Source of the DNA: an uncultured Rhodospirillales bacterium
Lineage (GTDB): Bacteria > Pseudomonadota > Alphaproteobacteria > Reyranellales > Reyranellaceae
Direction: 5' to 3'
Length of the DNA: 64,000 bases
Assembly (NCBI GenBank): GCA_902825855.1
Contig: CADECW010000008.1
Coordinates: 37,522-101,521, forward strand
Shown here: positions 57,819 to 64,000 of the stretch, in pieces
Position numbering within the stretch: the stretch's first letter is position 1
Layout of the letters: every line of letters starts with the position of its first letter
The notes under the pieces: model-generated
Database searches by the model: none
The model's input: only the letters and a program-made list of their open reading frames with translations
Told to the model about the DNA's origin: nothing
Position numbers and translations under genes: made by a program

Positions 57819-58778
57819 ATGCCAGATTCCACAGCGCACAGTACGCGGCCGGGCAACAGCCCGGCTTCGGCGAGTGAGCCAACCGCAACGTCAACGCCCG
57901 TACCTGCGACCGGTCCAGAGGTGCCTTCGAGCGGCGGTCTCTTGCGCGCCATCCTGCGCAGACTGCGGCGGCGAGAGAAGAACGAGGCTGTGCGCGAGGC
58001 GATCGAGGAGCTGATCGAAGAGACGCCCGAAAGCGATACGCCGATCAGCGAAGATCAGCGCATCCTGCTCGCCAACATCCTGAAGCTGCGCGACAAGACC
58101 GTGGCGGATGTCATGGTTCCGCGCGTCGACATCATCGGCATCGCCGCCGACATGCCGCTCGACGAGGTGGTGCGCCTTATCCAGGCAGAGGCGCACTCTC
58201 GCTATCCGATCTACCGCGAATCGCTCGACGACGTCATCGGCATGATCCACATCAAGGACGTGCTGGCCTACTGGGGCACCGCCAAGAAGTTCAACCTGCG
58301 CGACATATTGCGTCGCGTCGTGTTCGTGGCCCCGACCTTGCCGGTGCTCGACATGCTGCTCGACATGCGTCGCTCGCGCACCCACATGGCGCTGGTGGTC
58401 GACGAGTTCGGCGGCACTGACGGGCTCCTCACCATCGAGGACCTGGTCGAGGAGATCGTCGGCGAGATCGAGGACGAGCACGACGTCGCCCAGACGCCGA
58501 CCGTGGCCCGTCGCGTCGACGGCACGATCGACGTCAACGGCCGCACCCCGGTCGAGCTTCTCGAGCAGGAGATCGGCAACGTGCTGTCAGAGGACGAGCG
58601 GCGCGAGATCGATACGGTGGGCGGCCTGATCTTCTCGTTGCTCGGCCGTATCCCCGAGCGCGGCGAGGTGGTGCGCCATCCGTCGGGCGTCGAGTTCGAA
58701 GTGCTCGACGTCGACCCCAGGCGAATCAGGCGCCTGCGTGTGCGGCCGCCGACGACCTCGGCAACGGCTGCCGCCTGA
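57819..58778 (+). CDS. corC: CorC/HlyC family CBS-domain protein
   Basis: DVMVPRVD, HSRYP, VDEFGGTDGLLTIEDLVEEIVGEIEDE, DTVGG. Confidence 0.92.
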   Translation: MPDSTAHSTRPGNSPASASEPTATSTPVPATGPEVPSSGGLLRAILRRLRRREKNEAVREAIEELIEETPESDTPISEDQRILLANILKLRDKTVADVMVPRVDIIGIAADMPLDEVVRLIQAEAHSRYPIYRESLDDVIGMIHIKDVLAYWGTAKKFNLRDILRRVVFVAPTLPVLDMLLDMRRSRTHMALVVDEFGGTDGLLTIEDLVEEIVGEIEDEHDVAQTPTVARRVDGTIDVNGRTPVELLEQEIGNVLSEDERREIDTVGGLIFSLLGRIPERGEVVRHPSGVEFEVLDVDPRRIRRLRVRPPTTSATAAA

Positions 58779-58791
58779 CCGCCGCATCATC

Positions 58792-60303
58792 GTGAGCAAG
58801 GTTCAAGGATGGCGCGCCCTGGGCGCGGCTTTGCTGGCGGGCGCGTTGGCGGCTCTGGCCATGCCGCCGCTCTACTGGCTGCCGCTCGCCATCGTGGGCA
58901 TCGTGGCCTACGTCTGGCTGTGGCAGGCGGCACCCACGCCACGCAGCGCTTTCTGGCGTGGCCTGGCCTGGGGCACGGGCCATTTCGCGGTCGGCTCCTA
59001 CTGGATCCTCGAAGCCTTCTATGTGCCGCCAGCCGACTTCGCATTGCTGGGCCCCCCGATCGTGGCCGGCCTTGCAGTCGTACTGGGCTTCTTTCCTGGC
59101 CTTGCTGCCTGGTCAGCGCGCCGCATCGTCGACCGCTGGCCGGCCTTGGCCGGCCGCTATAGCCGACTGGTTGTGCTGGCGATCGCCTGGATGGTTGCCG
59201 AGTGGCTGCGTGGACACGTCTTCACAGGCTACCCGTGGAATCCGCTGGGCCATGTCTGGAGCTTTGCCACGCCTTTGCTACAGAGCGCGGCGCTGTTTGG
59301 AGTCTATGGGCTCGGCATGTTGACCTTCATCGTGCTCGCTGCTCCGACGGCAGGATGGCGGGCATCGATCGGCGCGCTCGTCGCGGTCGGCCTTGCCGGC
59401 TGGGTCGGCCAGTCGGCGATGGCGGCTGTCGACAACAGCAACGGGCCCTGGATCCGCATCGTCCAGCCCAACGTGCCGCAGTCGCAGAAATACCGTCCGG
59501 AAACTCGCGCCCGCCAGGTCGCCAAGCTGGTTGAGATGAGTCGCCAGCCGGGCTTCGACCGTCTGGCCGCCGTGATCTGGCCCGAGACGGCGCCTCCCGA
59601 GATCATCGAGCCGCGCTCGGTTGCACTCAGGATCATGGCCCAAGCCGTGCCGCCGGGCGGCCTGCTGCTGACCGGCGCGGCGCGCGCCACATCACAGCCC
59701 GAAGACGGCGTGTGGAACTCCCTGCTGGTGATCGACGGGACGGGCGCGATCGCCGCTCACTACGACAAAGTCCACCTTGTGCCGCTCGGCGAGTACATCC
59801 CTTTCCACAAGCAAATGGCACCGGTCTCCGGGCTGATCGGCCGCGGTTCGTTCGAGGTCGGCGAGGGAAGGGTGACGCTGGTGCCGTCGAACGGCCTGCC
59901 GTCCTTCTCGCCGGTGATCTGCTACGAGGTCATCTTCCCCGCCGCCGTGACGGGACCCGGCGAACGGCCGCAATGGCTGCTCAACGTCACAAACGATGGC
60001 TGGTTCGGGCTGTCGAGCGGACCGTACCAACACTTGACGAGTGCCCGGCTGCGCACGATCGAGGAAGGCCTCCCCATGATCCGCGCCGCCAACACCGGTG
60101 TATCTGCAGTGATCGATGCTTATGGCCGCGTTCTGACGTCACTCGACATGCAACAGGAGGGTATCATCGACCACCGGCTTCCCGCGCCGCGTGTGGCCAC
60201 CCCCTATGCCCGCTGGGGCGACTGGACACTGCTGACTCTGGTTGCATTTCTTTTGGTGTTGTTGGCCGGGGTCCGATTGTGGAAGAGACCACAACCTCAA
60301 TGA
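58792..60303 (+). CDS. lnt: Apolipoprotein N-acyltransferase
   Basis: FTGYPW, WPETA, KVHLVPLGEY, ICYE, TNDGWF, RAANTG; GTG start. Confidence 0.95.
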   Translation: MSKVQGWRALGAALLAGALAALAMPPLYWLPLAIVGIVAYVWLWQAAPTPRSAFWRGLAWGTGHFAVGSYWILEAFYVPPADFALLGPPIVAGLAVVLGFFPGLAAWSARRIVDRWPALAGRYSRLVVLAIAWMVAEWLRGHVFTGYPWNPLGHVWSFATPLLQSAALFGVYGLGMLTFIVLAAPTAGWRASIGALVAVGLAGWVGQSAMAAVDNSNGPWIRIVQPNVPQSQKYRPETRARQVAKLVEMSRQPGFDRLAAVIWPETAPPEIIEPRSVALRIMAQAVPPGGLLLTGAARATSQPEDGVWNSLLVIDGTGAIAAHYDKVHLVPLGEYIPFHKQMAPVSGLIGRGSFEVGEGRVTLVPSNGLPSFSPVICYEVIFPAAVTGPGERPQWLLNVTNDGWFGLSSGPYQHLTSARLRTIEEGLPMIRAANTGVSAVIDAYGRVLTSLDMQQEGIIDHRLPAPRVATPYARWGDWTLLTLVAFLLVLLAGVRLWKRPQPQ

Positions 60304-60333
60304 TCGTTCGACATTGGGAATCTGAGGACTCGG

Positions 60334-60362
60334 CTTGCAATCTCTTGGGGAGGGGCCTATGT
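60334..60362 (+). promoter_or_regulatory. Sigma70/sigma32-type promoter candidate upstream of the XRE regulator
   Basis: CTTGCA...CCTATGT (CTTG-N18-CCTAT) resembles alphaproteobacterial RpoD/RpoH consensus. Confidence 0.4.
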
Positions 60363-60501
60363 CCTATGCAGCACCAGCGTGTAGATATGCATTTTTGCAC
60401 GGATGAGCTTGCCAGGCTGCACTTTAAAAGTGTCTGCCGCTTTATTAGCACAACCTCGATGTAGAGCTTAGAGAAACGAGAGCAAGAAGGGACCACGACC
60501 T

Positions 60502-60957
60502 ATGGCAAGATCACACCCGGTAGACGTCCATGTCGGCGCGCGCATGCGCCAGCGCCGCACACTTCTCGGGATGAGCCAGGAAAAGCTCGGGACAGCCGTC
60601 GGGCTCACCTTCCAGCAGATCCAGAAATACGAGCGCGGCTCCAACCGCATCGGTTCGAGCCGCCTCTTCGAGTTTGCCAAGGTGCTGGACGTACCGGTGT
60701 CGTACTTCTTCGACGAGATGCCTTCCAATGCGCTGTCGGGCAGGCCGATGTCGGGCCGTGGCCGCAAGGGCTTCGGTGAGGCCGGCACGCCGTTCGAGCA
60801 GGAGAAGGATCCGCTGATCAAGCGCGAGACACTGGAACTGGTGCGGGCTTACTACAAGATTCGCGAAGGCCGTGTGCGCAAGCGTATCTTCGAGATGGTC
60901 AAGGCCGTGGGTGCGGCGAGCCATGCCGAAGTACTGGGCGGCCGCAAGCGTTCATAG
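60502..60957 (+). CDS. XRE family HTH transcriptional regulator
   Basis: HPVDVHVGARMR, SQEKLG, GLTFQQIQKYERGSNR; usual lnt-metK neighbour. Confidence 0.93.
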   Translation: MARSHPVDVHVGARMRQRRTLLGMSQEKLGTAVGLTFQQIQKYERGSNRIGSSRLFEFAKVLDVPVSYFFDEMPSNALSGRPMSGRGRKGFGEAGTPFEQEKDPLIKRETLELVRAYYKIREGRVRKRIFEMVKAVGAASHAEVLGGRKRS

Positions 60958-61190
60958 GCCACCGGAAGGCCGAGAAGGGGATATGGAAGGGAGCGGTGGA
61001 ATACCTGAGGTAAACTGCCGAGGCCCCTTGATTTCCGTCTGTATCTGGAGTTTTTAGCCGGCGCGGCTCCGATGGGCGGCGCCGCCGCGGACGGATTTGG
61101 ACGACTTGCCACCGCGACAATAAAGGCTAAGCCGGACGTTGGCGGTTCTTCCGCCCTGCCCGGAGTCCAGTGACCTGTGGGAGGGCTGTC

Positions 61191-62477
61191 TTGGCCATCA
61201 AGGACTATCTCTTTACCAGCGAATCGGTTTCCGAAGGCCATCCGGACAAGGTCTGCGATCAGATCTCCGATGCCATCCTCGACGCTTTCATCGCCAACGA
61301 CGTCAAGCTGGGCCATGCCGACGACAGCCACGCCAACACGCGGCTGGGCTGTGAGACGCTCGCCACCACTAACAAGATCGTCATCGCCGGCGAAGGCCGC
61401 GCCTCTGCGCCGTACATGCGCAAATACGGCAAGCACACCATAGTCAATCGCGAGGCACTGACCGAGATCGCCCGCGAGGTCGTGCGCGACATCGGCTACG
61501 ACCAGGACGGCTTCAGTTTCCACGGGGCGGATGTCGAGGTGCTGTTGCACGGCCAGTCGCCCGACATTGCCATGGGCGTCGACGCCAAGAAGAAGGGCGG
61601 CAATCTCGGCGAGCAGGAAGGCGCAGGCGATCAGGGCCTGATGTTCGGCTTCGCCTGCCGCGACAGCGAGGAGTACGAGAAGGGCTCGTTCATGCCGGCC
61701 CCGATCTACTTCTCGCACAAGATCCTCGAGGTGCTGAGCAAGGCGCGCCGCTCGGGCGAGCTGCCCGACCTGCAGCCCGATGCCAAGAGCCAGGTCACGG
61801 TGCGCTACGTGAACGGCAAGGCCGTCGGCGCTACCAAGGTCGTCGTGTCCACGCAGCACCGCGAGGCCACGGCCAAGGGCAAGAAATACAATTCCGGCAT
61901 GATCAAGGAAATGATTGCCGGTCACGTGAAGAAGTCGCTGCCCGCCGGCTGGATGCCCAAGAAGGCCTCCGATTTCTTCGTCAACCCGACCGGCAATTTC
62001 GTCGTCGGCGGTCCGGACGGCGACTGCGGACTCACCGGCCGCAAGATCATCGTCGACACCTACGGTGGCTTCGCCCCGCATGGCGGCGGCGCCTTCTCGG
62101 GCAAGGACCCGACCAAGGTCGACCGCTCGGCGGCCTATGCCGCGCGCTATCTCGCCAAGAACGTGGTGGCCGCGGGCCTGGCGGATCGTTGCCTGATCCA
62201 GGTCGCCTATGCGATCGGCGTTGCCGACCCGATGTCGCTCTATGTCGACACCCAGGGCACCGGCAAGGTCGACGAGCGCAAGCTCGAGAAGGTGCTCTCG
62301 GGTATCTTCCCGCTGCGCCCGACCAACATCCGCCGGTCGCTGCAGCTCAACAAGCCGATCTACAAGCGTACCGCCGCCTATGGCCACTTTGGCCGCAAGC
62401 CGGAGAAGGACGGCGGCTTCTCCTGGGAGCGAACCGACCTCGTGCCGGAACTGAAGCGAGCTTTCGGAGCACGTTAG
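61191..62477 (+). CDS. metK: S-adenosylmethionine synthetase
   Basis: [44 protein letters not shown]; TTG start after RBS ggagg. Confidence 0.97.
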   Translation: MAIKDYLFTSESVSEGHPDKVCDQISDAILDAFIANDVKLGHADDSHANTRLGCETLATTNKIVIAGEGRASAPYMRKYGKHTIVNREALTEIAREVVRDIGYDQDGFSFHGADVEVLLHGQSPDIAMGVDAKKKGGNLGEQEGAGDQGLMFGFACRDSEEYEKGSFMPAPIYFSHKILEVLSKARRSGELPDLQPDAKSQVTVRYVNGKAVGATKVVVSTQHREATAKGKKYNSGMIKEMIAGHVKKSLPAGWMPKKASDFFVNPTGNFVVGGPDGDCGLTGRKIIVDTYGGFAPHGGGAFSGKDPTKVDRSAAYAARYLAKNVVAAGLADRCLIQVAYAIGVADPMSLYVDTQGTGKVDERKLEKVLSGIFPLRPTNIRRSLQLNKPIYKRTAAYGHFGRKPEKDGGFSWERTDLVPELKRAFGAR

Positions 62478-62560
62478 GATAGTATCCTAAAGGTTTGATT
62501 TCTCGTGAGTTTTTGGTAGTCTCAGAGAGGCAGTAACAAGTCTGCGGGAGCAGACGGCGA

Positions 62561-64000
62561 ATGGCCCCTCTGGAGAATGGCGGGTTTCAGCCATCGGTTT
62601 GGACCGGCGACGGAAGCCGGCCCGTCGATTCGCTCATGCGGGCGCTGCTTTACGTTGCCCAGCAGCTTGGTCGCCCGCTGAGCGAAGCCGACGTGCGTCG
62701 CCTGGCTGTGGTGCCGGCCGCGGGCCTCGACGAGACGGCCTTCCTTACCGCCGGAGGGCGGCTCGGTCTCGAGACCTATGCCTTCGATCTCACGCCCGAT
62801 GAGATCGAATCGCAGCCACTGCCGTTCGTGCTGCTGGCTGAGGGGCATCCCGCGCATGTCGTCGTGGCCGGTCGAGCGCGCCAGTGGCTGGTGCTCGACG
62901 TCGTCGACGGCCGGGTCCGGTATCTGACGCCCGACCAGGTGATGGCGTTGGGTACGCGCGCCCTGGTGATGCGCGAAAAGCTGCCGCATGCTGCTGGCGC
63001 GGCCTGGTATGCGCCGATGTGGAAGCGCATCCGGCCGGTCGTCCTGAAGCTCGCCGCCATCTCGTTGATCATCAACGTGCTCGGGCTCGCCACGCCGCTC
63101 TTCATGATGCTGATCCTGAACACGGTGATCGGCCATAAGGCGCCGGGCGACGCCGCAACGCTGGTCATGCTGCTCGCTGGCGGCATGCTCGTGATCTATG
63201 GCCTCGACTTCGCCTTGCGTCTCGCGCGCGGCTGGCTGTCGGCGCGCACCGGCGCGAGGCTCGACGCACTGATGAGCGGCGAGGCGCTGCACCACCTGAT
63301 GCAGCTGCCCTACCGGCATTTCGAGCGTACGCCATCAGGCGTCATCGCTGAGCGCCTGCGCCAACTCGACGTGCTGCGCGGTTTCCTCACCGGCCAGATG
63401 CCGGTGCTGGCAATCGACATCGCCTTCGTCGTGCTGTTCCTCGCCGCGACCTTTTTCATCAGCCCGGTGCTGGGCGCCATCGCGGCCTTGGCGATTCCCG
63501 TGCTGATCGGCGTGTCGTTGGCGACCCATCGTGCGCAACGCCGGCTGGCCGACGAGAATTTCCAGGCGCTCGCGGCCAAGGGCTCGACGCTCGCCGAAAC
63601 GGTGACCAACGCTGCCACCATCAAGACGCTGGGGCTCGAGGCCGAGGTCGAGAAACGCTGGCAGGCGCGCGTCGAGCAGTCGGCCTGGACTTCCTTCCGG
63701 GCCAGCAACCTCGCCAACATCGCCGCCAGCGCCTCAGGCAGCCTGCAACTGCTGGCGTCGCTGGTGATCGTGGTGATCGGGGTGCGCGAGGTCGTCGACC
63801 ATCACATGACGATCGGCGCCCTGGTGGCGGCCAACATGCTGGCCGTTCGCGCGCTGCAGCCAATGCGTCAGCTCGTGGCGGCATGGCATCAGTTCCAGGC
63901 GACCAGCGCTGCTTTCAAGCGCATCGACGAGCTCATGAGCGAGGCGGCCGAGAGCAAGCCGGGAGAGCTCGCGCCCATGCCGGCGCTGGCCGGCGACATC
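62561..64000 (+). CDS. Type I secretion ABC transporter with C39-like N-terminal domain (HlyB/LapB family), truncated by window end
   Basis: Hand translation: MAPLENGG...DSLMRALLYVAQQLGRP...PLPFVLL...INVLGLATPLFMMLILNTVI...LMQLPYRHFE...TIKTLG...MTIGALVA; frame open to the end of the window. Confidence 0.88.
   Translation, partial: MAPLENGGFQPSVWTGDGSRPVDSLMRALLYVAQQLGRPLSEADVRRLAVVPAAGLDETAFLTAGGRLGLETYAFDLTPDEIESQPLPFVLLAEGHPAHVVVAGRARQWLVLDVVDGRVRYLTPDQVMALGTRALVMREKLPHAAGAAWYAPMWKRIRPVVLKLAAISLIINVLGLATPLFMMLILNTVIGHKAPGDAATLVMLLAGGMLVIYGLDFALRLARGWLSARTGARLDALMSGEALHHLMQLPYRHFERTPSGVIAERLRQLDVLRGFLTGQMPVLAIDIAFVVLFLAATFFISPVLGAIAALAIPVLIGVSLATHRAQRRLADENFQALAAKGSTLAETVTNAATIKTLGLEAEVEKRWQARVEQSAWTSFRASNLANIAASASGSLQLLASLVIVVIGVREVVDHHMTIGALVAANMLAVRALQPMRQLVAAWHQFQATSAAFKRIDELMSEAAESKPGELAPMPALAGDI

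Noticed and set aside
62577-62681. Alternative ATG at 62577 for the T1SS gene
   Set aside because: That frame stops after 34 codons; the open frame begins at 62561.

Overview
High-GC alphaproteobacterial chromosome segment; gene content and order suggest a Reyranella/Rhodospirillales-like organism (inference). It is mostly core and metabolic genes: peptide ABC transporter parts, pyrC, regB-regA, chorismate mutase-hisC-tyrA, SAM-II riboswitch-metX-metW, gloB, nfuA-tsaB-rimI-fur-olsB-olsA-miaB-phoH-ybeY-corC-lnt-XRE-metK, tRNA-Gly(CCC), and the start of a type I secretion ABC transporter. I saw no CRISPR array, prophage, transposase, integrase or recognisable defence system, so I cannot claim a clear-cut new system. 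The best leads are: (1) four GCAAC-N16/17-YGTT EcfG-type promoters ahead of an unlisted 59-aa ORF, a PRC-barrel gene, a small secreted protein and a probably leaderless LigC-type ligase; (2) a miniaturised Liv-type ABC module behind regBA whose fused ATPase lacks the helical subdomain and signature motif; (3) an orphan DpgC-type dioxygenase directly behind tRNA-Gly, followed by a membrane protein and a SET-domain protein; (4) an acyl-CoA dehydrogenase coupled to a Cys/Thr proline-racemase-family dehydratase; (5) a SAM-II riboswitch with a visible terminator/antiterminator. Starts were refined by eye, and family calls come from motif recognition rather than database searches.
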